The notes under the pieces: model-generated
Told to the model about the DNA's origin: nothing
What the model saw: the letters and a program-made list of their open reading frames with translations, nothing else
Database searches by the model: none
Made by a program: the position numbers and the translations under genes
Shown here: positions 29,265 to 36,904 of the stretch, piece after piece
How positions within the stretch are numbered: position 1 is the stretch's first letter
Layout: each line of letters opens with the position of its first letter
Assembly (NCBI GenBank): GCA_964567995.1
Contig: CAZMOB010000001.1
Coordinates: 120,591 to 184,590, forward strand
Source of the DNA: an uncultured Gammaproteobacteria bacterium
GTDB lineage: Bacteria > Patescibacteriota > Patescibacteriia > 2-12-FULL-60-25
Length of the DNA: 64,000 nucleotides
Direction: 5' to 3'

Positions 29265-29858
29265 ATGAAGAAGCCCCGCAAAATCAACTGGAAGCTCGTA
29301 TTTGCCTGGTTCATCCCGGCGCTCTTCGGCCCCGCCTTTGCGCGGTTGGCCTGGACCTACCTGGAGCGTCTCGGTACGTGGGTTGGCGGCCATGTCGGCC
29401 TGCGCCCCTCGCTCCACCTCGAAGGGATCAGTCGTGTAGACGACAACGCCACCACCTTCTGGTGTCTCTACGCGGCGGGCATCCTCGCCTGGTGGCTCCT
29501 GCACAATCTCCTGGGATGGACTAAGGAGCGGGATGTATTTCGCGAGAAGCTGGGAAGATACTTCGTGCTTCCCGCATTCGTCGGCCCGGTCGTGGGCATG
29601 CTCATCTGGTGGCTGTTTCCGTACGTCTGGTCGCTGATCGATGCGTTCTTCGGGGCGATCTCCAGCTTCTTGCACGTGGGTGGCCTCTGGAGGACGATCG
29701 CGCACCTCCTCGAGTGGTGCTCCGAGCGCATCGTCGCCCTCTTCGATGCCGTTTGGCGCCTGCTCTGGACGGTGATCGCCCCGCCCGTCGGTCACTTCCT
29801 CAAGTGGCTGCTCCTTCGTCTCATTACCGCTCCTTTGAATTACATCGCTTCGCGTTAA
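29265..29858 (+). CDS. Trp-rich polytopic membrane protein (hypothetical); GC-rich
   Basis: 197 aa, 4-5 hydrophobic helices, many Trp residues (WKLVFAWF, LAWWLLHNLLGW, LIWWLFPYVW). GGAG lies 6 nt upstream of the ATG. The antisense ORF 29247-29876 is judged a shadow. Confidence 0.6.
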   Translation: MKKPRKINWKLVFAWFIPALFGPAFARLAWTYLERLGTWVGGHVGLRPSLHLEGISRVDDNATTFWCLYAAGILAWWLLHNLLGWTKERDVFREKLGRYFVLPAFVGPVVGMLIWWLFPYVWSLIDAFFGAISSFLHVGGLWRTIAHLLEWCSERIVALFDAVWRLLWTVIAPPVGHFLKWLLLRLITAPLNYIASR

Positions 29859-29873
29859 CTCGCTCGAAGCACC

Positions 29874-29918
29874 CACGCCCGGGGCCTGCGCATCTCGCGT
29901 AGAACCTCCCCGGGCGTG
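29874..29918 (+). terminator. 11-bp perfect GC hairpin after the Trp-rich membrane protein gene
   Basis: CACGCCCGGGG (29874-29884) pairs with CCCCGGGCGTG (29908-29918). A second hairpin, AAAGAACTAGC / GCTGGTTCTTT, at 29964-30003 ends in a T-run. Confidence 0.5.
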
Positions 29919-30017
29919 TAGGACAGTTCCCCTCAGATCACTCGCTGGTCTACGGAGAACGAAAAAGAACTAGCCTCCAAGCTTGCTCGGGCGCTGGTTC
30001 TTTTGTATTCTAACGGT

Positions 30018-30353
30018 ATGTCGATCCAACCTTCACGTATTTTGACCCAATGTCCGCTGTGCCAGTCGGTGTACGATGAGGCCGGGATTCGGTTGGTAGA
30101 AGATCAGGGGGCTACAAGGCTCTTTCATTGCAGCTGCAAAAAGTGCGGCCGGGCCATGCTGGCGGTAGTTCTGGAGGCTTCGGGCGTCGTGAGTTCCGTG
30201 GGTGTTGTTACGGACCTTGAAGCAGCCGATGCCAAGCGGTTCCATGAGGCGGCGGCGATATCGGTCGACGAATGCCTACAATTCCACGTACAGCTGGAGA
30301 CTCAAAGCAGGGAATTGTGCCAGGCATTGCTGCAACCATCGAAAACGGCGTAA
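30018..30353 (+). CDS. Zinc-ribbon-containing hypothetical protein
   Basis: Start taken at ATG 30018. Two Cys pairs (CPLCQS..(24)..CSCKKCG). 111 aa. Confidence 0.55.
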   Translation: MSIQPSRILTQCPLCQSVYDEAGIRLVEDQGATRLFHCSCKKCGRAMLAVVLEASGVVSSVGVVTDLEAADAKRFHEAAAISVDECLQFHVQLETQSRELCQALLQPSKTA

Positions 30354-30391
30354 ACCAGCAATTTTCTCTAAAATCAAGTGAAATTCCCACG

Positions 30392-30421
30392 AATCCCGTC
30401 CCTTGACGGGATTTCGATTTT
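30392..30421 (+). terminator. Rho-independent terminator upstream of L25
   Basis: AATCCCGTC-CCTT-GACGGGATT followed by TCGATTTTCT. The same stretch contains TTGACG, 17 nt, then TATCGT, so it may also serve as the L25 promoter. Confidence 0.55.
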
Positions 30422-30452
30422 CTCGTATCGTTAAGCCACTTTTTTGAAGTCT

Positions 30453-31139
30453 ATGAAATACGAGATCACCGCAGAAACACGTACCAGCACCGGCCGCCGT
30501 GCCAAGAACGAATTGAAGAAGATGCGTATCCCGGCTGCCATGTACGGCAAAGGGGTTGCGAGTCAGATTATTACGTTGCCTAAGTCGGCTTTTGTGAAGA
30601 TGTACGCTGCCGCTGGCTTCTCCAGTTTGGTGGATGTAGCGGTTGATGGTGGATCCTCGGTCAAAGCGGTTATCAAGGAAGTGCAATTGCATCCTCTGAC
30701 GAATGAAGTGACTCACGTCGACTTCCACCAGGTCCGCATGGATGAAAAGATGACCGTCCGCATTCCTCTCGTGTTTACGGGTGAATCGCTCGCGGTGAAG
30801 GGCTTAGGTGGAACCTTGGTCAAATCGATGGATGAAGTTGAAATCAGCTGTTTGCCAGCCGACCTGCCTCATGAGATTGCAGTCGATCTGTCCGCCCTCT
30901 CAACCTTCGAAGATTCGATCCCTGTATCTTCTCTCTCCTTGCCAAAGAATGTTGAGATTCTCTCAGATCTGAATGCGACGATCGCCACAGTCGCTCGTCC
31001 GATGACAGAAGAAGAGATCAAGAAGTTAGACGAAGTGGTTGTAGCCGACGTCTCTGCGATCAAGAGCGAAGCCGATCTGAAGAAAGAAGAGAAGGAAGAA
31101 GCTGCCAAGAAAGATACAGAGGAAAAAGCTGCGAAATAG
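30453..31139 (+). CDS. rplY: 50S ribosomal protein L25/general stress protein Ctc
   Basis: ATG 30453. MKYEITAETRTSTGRRAKNELKKMRIPAAMYGKG.., VQLHPLTNEVTHVDF, and a Lys/Glu-rich C-terminal tail typical of the Ctc form. Confidence 0.9.
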   Translation: MKYEITAETRTSTGRRAKNELKKMRIPAAMYGKGVASQIITLPKSAFVKMYAAAGFSSLVDVAVDGGSSVKAVIKEVQLHPLTNEVTHVDFHQVRMDEKMTVRIPLVFTGESLAVKGLGGTLVKSMDEVEISCLPADLPHEIAVDLSALSTFEDSIPVSSLSLPKNVEILSDLNATIATVARPMTEEEIKKLDEVVVADVSAIKSEADLKKEEKEEAAKKDTEEKAAK

Positions 31140-31154
31140 TGTATACTCTGGGGC

Positions 31155-32294
31155 ATGCAACGCTTGCCCCTTTCGCCTCACGGCCACAAACCGACCAAAC
31201 AGTCGAACAAGCAACGCTCTCAACGATGGATTATCGGGGGAGCGTGTTTGTTATTGTTGATTTCGGCGGGTCTCCTGTACTTCATCATTTCAGGTCTGTC
31301 GCGCCGCCAAACGTCTGATCCCTTCGTTCCGACAACCCCGTCGGTGACGACGACTACGAACGGCCAAGTCGTTCGTCGATTGGATGGGGTGCTGGTGTCT
31401 CCCGGTTGGGAAGCCAAGCGTCCGATCAGTGTCATGATCGATAATCAACTGGATGCACAGCCATGGTCTGGCGTCGATCGAGCCTCGCTCGTGATTGAAT
31501 CACCCGTTGAAGGGGGGATTACACGGCTGATGACGTTCTTTGATCCAGCCATTCCGACCTCGACCTCGATTGGACCTGTGCGAAGCGCTCGTCCGTATTT
31601 TGTCGATTGGGCGAAGGCTTGGGAGGCGGGCTATGCGCATGTAGGTGGCAGTCCGGAAGCTTTGGATAAGATCAAAAAATTAGGCACGACCTTTTTCAAT
31701 CTGGATGAAATGGCGAATGGATCGACCTTTGTGCGTGATCGTGCCAAATCAGCGCCGCATAATGTCTATTCCTCGATCGACCTGTTAACTCAAGCGATGG
31801 AGCGTCGCTATGGAACAAGTACCGCGACATTTGCGATGTGGCGTTTTGAGCCGCTTGCGACGTCTACGGAGGCGGTCGTATCCGCTGCGTCCATCCGCAT
31901 TCCCTATGGCGGCTCCTACTCAGTGACCTGGAAATTCGATCCGCAGCTCGGCCAGTACCGGAGGTTCAAGGGAGCGGCGGTTCAGAAGACACGTGAAGGT
32001 CAAGAACTGCTCGCATCGAATGTGGCGGTCATCAAAACGGATGCACAAGTGTTGGATGATAAAGGCAGATTGTCTATTCGGACCGTTGGGAGCGGTGACG
32101 CGGTCTTATACCGAGCTGGGAAGAGATATGTTGCCCGATGGAGTCGTGCCCAAAACGAATCCATTCGTTTCGAAGGCGCTGATGGAACCGAGTATCCCAT
32201 GACCGTTGGTCCGACCTGGATCGAGGTCACGACAGATGATCGAATCTTTGGTGGGTTGACTCCAACGGCCAGTTCTACAGCTCCAACACCGTAA
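31155..32294 (+). CDS. DUF3048-domain protein (YerB-like)
   Basis: N-terminal TM/signal segment, then PISVMIDNQLDAQPWSGVDRASLVIESPVEGGITRLMTFF..RSARPYFVDWA, which matches my recollection of DUF3048. Confidence 0.7.
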   Translation: MQRLPLSPHGHKPTKQSNKQRSQRWIIGGACLLLLISAGLLYFIISGLSRRQTSDPFVPTTPSVTTTTNGQVVRRLDGVLVSPGWEAKRPISVMIDNQLDAQPWSGVDRASLVIESPVEGGITRLMTFFDPAIPTSTSIGPVRSARPYFVDWAKAWEAGYAHVGGSPEALDKIKKLGTTFFNLDEMANGSTFVRDRAKSAPHNVYSSIDLLTQAMERRYGTSTATFAMWRFEPLATSTEAVVSAASIRIPYGGSYSVTWKFDPQLGQYRRFKGAAVQKTREGQELLASNVAVIKTDAQVLDDKGRLSIRTVGSGDAVLYRAGKRYVARWSRAQNESIRFEGADGTEYPMTVGPTWIEVTTDDRIFGGLTPTASSTAPTP

Positions 32295-33162
32295 ATCGTT
32301 TGGCTCCGTTTTGGTCGAGCTCGGTTGTGATCTGTGCGTTAGGAAACAATTCTTTGGCTGTTTGTGCCAGTTTTTTGGCTTGACGTGGATCGTGTTCCAG
32401 TAGGACGATATCGCCCGTTCGGGCAGCTAGAAAGCGCTTTAGTTCTCGTAAGAAGGTATTGATTAAACTCAAGCCTTCTTCTTTGGCGAAGAGCGCATTC
32501 AGAGGTTCATAGCCGGTAACTTGCGTGTGCATCCGTGGTCTGTCTGCTTCTGGGAGGTAAGGCAAGTTAGCCAGAATCAACCAGTGTTTTTGTTGATAGA
32601 TGTGCAGCCAGCGTTTGACGGTTGGTGTGAGGAAGGGGCCGATCGAAAATGAGACGTTTTTTATGTCGAGGCGTTTCGCGTTCTTTTTGGCAACTTCAAT
32701 CGCACCGATAAAGCGGTCGCTCGCGATGACGGGCAGAGTAGGAACGGCCTCTGCGACGGAGAGTGCTAAGCAGCCACTCCCGGTTCCAACATCCCAGAGT
32801 GCCCACTTCCGTTCGTTTCCAACGATCCGAATAGCTGCATTCACGAGCCATTCGCTTTCCGGACGAGGAATGAGGGTCCGTTGATCGACGAAAAAGGTAT
32901 GTCCAAAGAAGGGCGCTTCATTGAACAGGTAGGCGAGTGGTTCGAAGGCGACTCGACGTTCAGCGAGTTCTGAGATCTGTCGGAGTTGTGTTTGGGTGAC
33001 CGTTTTTTCCGGATGCAGGGCGATCCAGGTTCGATCCTGGTCCAGGACATGAGCAATCAGAAGTTCCGCTTCGAACCAGCGCTGGTCGAGCGGGCGGATG
33101 GTTGAAGCGAGTGTTTTGGCCAGATGCAGGGTCAGCGTTCGGACGGTGGGGAGCGGGGACAT
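32275..33162 (-). CDS. prmC: Release-factor glutamine N5-methyltransferase PrmC (HemK)
   Basis: LWDVGTGSGCLALSVA SAM motif and an ANLPYLP (NPPY-type) catalytic motif. 295 aa. Confidence 0.88.
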   Translation of the reverse strand: MSPLPTVRTLTLHLAKTLASTIRPLDQRWFEAELLIAHVLDQDRTWIALHPEKTVTQTQLRQISELAERRVAFEPLAYLFNEAPFFGHTFFVDQRTLIPRPESEWLVNAAIRIVGNERKWALWDVGTGSGCLALSVAEAVPTLPVIASDRFIGAIEVAKKNAKRLDIKNVSFSIGPFLTPTVKRWLHIYQQKHWLILANLPYLPEADRPRMHTQVTGYEPLNALFAKEEGLSLINTFLRELKRFLAARTGDIVLLEHDPRQAKKLAQTAKELFPNAQITTELDQNGAKRFTVLEL

Positions 33163-33232
33163 GAAGCCAGTGTACGAGGCTTTTCATGATCTTGTCACCT
33201 GCGGGACGATTCGCTATGCTCCCTGCGCGTTT

Positions 33233-33309
33233 GGACGTTTAGCTCAGCTGGTTAGAGCGCACGATTCACATTCGTGAGGTCGCTAGTTCGATCCTAGCAA
33301 CGTCCACCA
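33233..33309 (+). tRNA. tRNA-Val (anticodon CAC), CCA encoded
   Basis: GGACGTT-TA-GCTC-AGCTGGTTA-GAGC-G-CACGA-TTCACAT-TCGTG-AGGTC-GCTAG-TTCGATC-CTAGC-AACGTCC-A-CCA. Confidence 0.93.
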
Positions 33310-33343
33310 CGACAATACGAAGCGGTCTCTTTGAGACCATTTC

Positions 33344-33378
33344 ATGGGCAGCCTTTACGGCTGCCCATTGTCGTTTTT
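33344..33378 (+). terminator. Rho-independent terminator after tRNA-Val
   Basis: ATGGGCAGCC-TTTAC-GGCTGCCCAT followed by TGTCGTTTTT. Confidence 0.8.
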
Positions 33379-33556
33379 CCATTGTAAGGGTGAGGTGATA
33401 GTCAAAACTCAGCAAGAAGGGTTTAATGAGCCTATGGAGACTTTATCTGACTATCTTCAAAAATGGGATGCTAAGAATTGAAAAGCTCACGATTCGATTA
33501 CTCTTTTTGATCCAGAACAGACACGCAACTGGTCTTCAGAGCAGAAGATTTCTTTT

Positions 33557-34108
33557 GTGAAGCTTTTTTATCACGCACGTGGTCATTTTCATGATTTTCT
33601 TTGGTACGTGGGGAATTTCGCACCGGATCACAAGCAGCGTCAAAAGGTCTTAGCTAATATTGCAGAAGAATTTGGAAGTTCTAAATCACATGAGCAATTG
33701 TACTTTGAATTCGCTCAAGCTGTGGGCACAGATTTGTCTAAAGAGGTTGTTGGTGGAGAAAACTATCTTCCTTTCATTCGTGAGTTCAATAAAGGGCATC
33801 TCGACTATCTCCATACTCATGATTGGGATGGGTGTCTATGTGCGTTTGCCGCCTATGAACGATTGGATAACGTAGATTATCGAGACCTATACATTCTGGC
33901 AAAAGCAATCTGTGAGAATGAGTCTGCCCTCACGTTCTTCAAGGTTCACGCATTCGTGAAGCATTTCGATATGGCAGATCAAGGAGATCTTCAAAGAATT
34001 TGGAACGCTTCGCCAGAGAAGCTAAAGAATGCGTTTGAATTCATTGCGGATCATCAAGCGAAGATGTGGAAAGCGCTCTCTGGATCAATCGAGAATGTTA
34101 TCTTTTAA
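33557..34108 (+). CDS. Heme-oxygenase-like fold iron-containing redox enzyme (TenA/PqqC/CADD/HDO superfamily), N-terminally interrupted
   Basis: FYHARGHFHDFLWYV, NIAEEFG..SHEQLYFEFA, AAYERL and FFKVHAFVKHFD resemble the helix-bundle ligand motifs of PF14518-type proteins. The homologous reading frame continues upstream to ATG 33434 through an in-frame TGA at 33479-33481. Low GC. Confidence 0.6.
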   Translation: MKLFYHARGHFHDFLWYVGNFAPDHKQRQKVLANIAEEFGSSKSHEQLYFEFAQAVGTDLSKEVVGGENYLPFIREFNKGHLDYLHTHDWDGCLCAFAAYERLDNVDYRDLYILAKAICENESALTFFKVHAFVKHFDMADQGDLQRIWNASPEKLKNAFEFIADHQAKMWKALSGSIENVIF

Positions 34109-34214
34109 TGCGACAAAGACGATCTTTGTAGGACGGAAGTCCATAAAATAACCTAAATTAGGGTTGTATCAGCTATTGGACGCGTTGTATTCTTTGGTGA
34201 TTAACTAAAGAAGT

Positions 34215-34832
34215 ATGGAAAAAGAACCAAAGGCTTTCGTAAAGAACTCTTTAGCTCAAGCCTGTGAGAAGGTGTCAGATTTTCTACCAACTCAGTCTCT
34301 TGCCAAAGAACAAAAGGCGAAGATTCTCCGAAAGTATATTGCTGCGATTGAAGGTAACTTCGTCTCTTGGATGGGGGCGGCTACTATCTGTGCTCGATCT
34401 GTGCAAGGGCGTTATGCGGCTTCAGAAAATCTTTGGGTTGAAATAAAAGATGATCATGCAGGAATGCTTCGAGATTTTGCCAAATCAGCACAATGCGAAC
34501 CTGGAATAGAGGATTACCAGGCAGCATCAGGCGCGGTGATGAGCATGAGGGGATTGGTAGCTCGCCTCTCTGGTCTTGAATGTCTCACGTTGATGGCGGT
34601 TCTAGAAAAAACTTCAGCTGTCTTCATCCCATGGTTAGAAGATGCAGCCAAAGAACTTGGATCAACGAATTTTCGCTATACGATGGTACATGGTGAAGCA
34701 GATATCGGTCATGCGGATCAATTCGCTTGGGCCGTGTCACATGAGATGGAGCTTTATGAGAACGCCGAAGAAAAAATCAATACCTCTGTTCAAGTTACCG
34801 TTGAATTCTTAAGGAATATTTTCCGCGTATAA
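34215..34832 (+). CDS. Heme-oxygenase-like fold iron-containing redox enzyme (second, divergent copy)
   Basis: NFVSWMGAATICAR, SENLWVEIKDDHAGMLRDFA, AVLEKTS and MVHGEADIGHADQF give an E/H-rich helix pattern typical of HDO/PqqC-like diiron proteins. 205 aa, low GC. Confidence 0.55.
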   Translation: MEKEPKAFVKNSLAQACEKVSDFLPTQSLAKEQKAKILRKYIAAIEGNFVSWMGAATICARSVQGRYAASENLWVEIKDDHAGMLRDFAKSAQCEPGIEDYQAASGAVMSMRGLVARLSGLECLTLMAVLEKTSAVFIPWLEDAAKELGSTNFRYTMVHGEADIGHADQFAWAVSHEMELYENAEEKINTSVQVTVEFLRNIFRV

Positions 34833-34855
34833 AGTTCTCATACATAAATGACGAT

Positions 34856-35320
34856 ATGGATCTTTGTTTTATCGCAGAAAAAGTAATCTCCCAGCTTCAT
34901 GACCGTGATTTTATATCAGGACTTACATGGAAGAATTATCATGGCTTCCTCAAATCTCGATTACCCGATGTGAAGTTCCGATTACTAGCCCATGAACTTG
35001 GCTTTGATGCTGAGAAATGCCAGGCTGAAATTGTAGAAGTTACAAAAGATCTTTCGAAGGAAATACATCTACATAGGAACTCTCGCGCCTATTGTGTCGT
35101 GCTAGGAGAAAAAGATGGTTTCGCTGATCCGCTCTATGCATCAGTCTTTCTTGGCGATGAATGGAAGCCTGTAAGAGTTGGCGATATCGTTGATATTCCG
35201 CCCAGCACTACTCATGGATTTACCATTGATAAAGGTGGGAGATTGTTTTTTCTTTCTTTACAAACTCCACCAATCGAACATGAAGGAGGGGATGATTACG
35301 AGCGGATTCATGGAAGCTAA
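34856..35320 (+). CDS. Cupin-domain protein
   Basis: EIHLHRNSRAYCVVLGE (HxH..E-type motif 1) and GDIVDIPPSTTHGF (G-x5-P-x-x-x-x-H motif 2). 154 aa. Confidence 0.65.
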   Translation: MDLCFIAEKVISQLHDRDFISGLTWKNYHGFLKSRLPDVKFRLLAHELGFDAEKCQAEIVEVTKDLSKEIHLHRNSRAYCVVLGEKDGFADPLYASVFLGDEWKPVRVGDIVDIPPSTTHGFTIDKGGRLFFLSLQTPPIEHEGGDDYERIHGS

Positions 35321-35564
35321 GGAAATACGTCAAGAACCAATTATGGCTGCTAGTAACCGCTGAAAAGGTTGACTTTTATACTGAAGTATGAGAATTTTCT
35401 CTGTAACTAAATACAATAAAACATGAATTGGAAACGGCGTTTTTAAAGCTAAGAATTGGCCTTAAAGACGCCGTTTTCAACGAAGGCTAGGGAAGCGGAT
35501 GCTCCGACCAACTAGTTACTTGTACGGCGTTCCGCAAAGCAGCGGAAGTAAGGAGGATGAGACG

Positions 35565-36014
35565 ATGGTATGGAGAGCGCAACGTACAGATGTTCACGAG
35601 GTATTCAACCCTGGTGATCCCGCGCAGCTTCAACGGAGGCTCGACGACCTCCAGATGTACATCCTGGCCCGTTCGGTCACGGTGTTCTACGAACTCGTGG
35701 GCTACTCAATGGACCAGGAAGACGCATCCTATACCTTCGCGGGGGTACGGGTCATTCTCCGTAACGGCAAGCTGCACGCCGAGTTTCGTCTGAAGATCCC
35801 GGCTCCGCCGCCGCCTGAGGTCGCCACGTACGACCTCGAGACCGGGATCTTCGACGATCATCAGCTCGGTCAGAACTGCCCGGAGAGGTTCGTAGCTACG
35901 ATCGCGCTCGCCTATGTGGCTTCCCGTTGCTATCCGGAGCGTGTCGTCACATTCAAGATGAACGGCGACGTCTTCGAGGCCGAGAACGGCGAGATCTGGC
36001 CCAAGGTCGCCTGA
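35565..36014 (+). CDS. Hypothetical protein; GC-rich ORF nested in the low-GC islet
   Basis: Frame of ORF 35499-36014. Start moved to ATG 35565, which is preceded by AAGGAGG (8-nt spacer). MVWRAQRTDVHEVFNPGDPAQLQRRLDDL.. I recognise no family. Confidence 0.55.
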   Translation: MVWRAQRTDVHEVFNPGDPAQLQRRLDDLQMYILARSVTVFYELVGYSMDQEDASYTFAGVRVILRNGKLHAEFRLKIPAPPPPEVATYDLETGIFDDHQLGQNCPERFVATIALAYVASRCYPERVVTFKMNGDVFEAENGEIWPKVA

Positions 36015-36589
36015 TCAGCAAAAGAACGTATCTGCGTCGCTCCTTTCACTCTTGGTTCCGAGTACAGGAACACGTCAGGCCAGCGTCACTCGCTGCGGCC
36101 CATAAGGATGTCCTGGCCATCCAAACCCCTTTTACATTCTCTTTGAGGATGAAAGAGGAGAATATATCAGCTTAAAGGCTGGTATTTTCAGTTATAAAAA
36201 ATTCTTCAAAGATCCACCAGTCAATAGGCTATCAATGTTTTATTTTTTCTCAGTTGTCCCACCTTGCATCCCCTCATCCCTCTTGGTTTCAGTTTCCCTC
36301 AGAGCCAGTCAACAGCCATGAAAGAAAAAATAGAAATTGGTGGTCAGATTTTGCGACTGGAAATAGGTTTGAGCCTCGTTGTTCATGTGACAGAGCCATC
36401 ATGACAAGCACGGGTCAGGCAAACGAGAGTATGTGTAACCGAATTTTTCGCTTATTTTAGCCAAAATATCAGAGTCAACCTTTTTTGCTACTTGGATTAA
36501 TACTATCAGATTTATAATATAATGTCAATAGTGGCTTAGATGTCAAGGCGATTGAGCCTTTCCGAGGCTTCTGTTAAGCTCTGCCTAGT

Positions 36590-36898
36590 ATGGCGCAATT
36601 GATCGCGGTCGGAATCGGGATTCTCGTACTCATTGTTGGGTACGTGATTTATCGTGTTGCGTTACAAATCTTAGATGAAGGGGACTATTTCTTTTACGCG
36701 GTTGGGTTCTTCTTGGTGTTGTTTCTCATCGCCGGATTAGCCTTGTATTTTTTGTTGCCACGACCGCCTGCGCGAGCCGATCTTACGACCGTGACCCCGA
36801 ATGCAATTGCAGAGCGACTCACGGGACTCGCTGATACACTGTATTCTACCTCGCCTTCTATTCAAGGTGAGTCGATTAGCTATTCGTTGGTTGAGTAA
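36590..36898 (+). CDS. Small two-TM membrane protein (hypothetical)
   Basis: 102-aa ORF with two hydrophobic helices. TATAAT at about 36523 lies upstream. Confidence 0.55.
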   Translation: MAQLIAVGIGILVLIVGYVIYRVALQILDEGDYFFYAVGFFLVLFLIAGLALYFLLPRPPARADLTTVTPNAIAERLTGLADTLYSTSPSIQGESISYSLVE

Positions 36899-36904
36899 GC
36901 GTCG

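Noticed and set aside
35369-35397. TTGACT at 35369 was considered as a promoter for the GC-rich ORF 35565-36014.
   Set aside because: No acceptable -10 hexamer exists at 16-18-nt spacing. The best is GAGAAT at 15 nt. The match is too weak to list as a feature.
36213-36225. TCCACCA-GT-CAATA at 36213 resembles the 3' end of tRNA-Val plus its downstream bases (TCCACCA-CGA-CAATA at 33303-33317). I considered it a possible attR of an integrated element.
   Set aside because: It is only a 7-mer plus a 5-mer with an indel, there is no integrase, and the match is well within chance expectation.
36254-36460. A 68-aa ORF lies in the AT-rich spacer.
   Set aside because: It begins at a non-ATG start, has no SD, has no coding-like composition, and lies in an otherwise non-coding tract.
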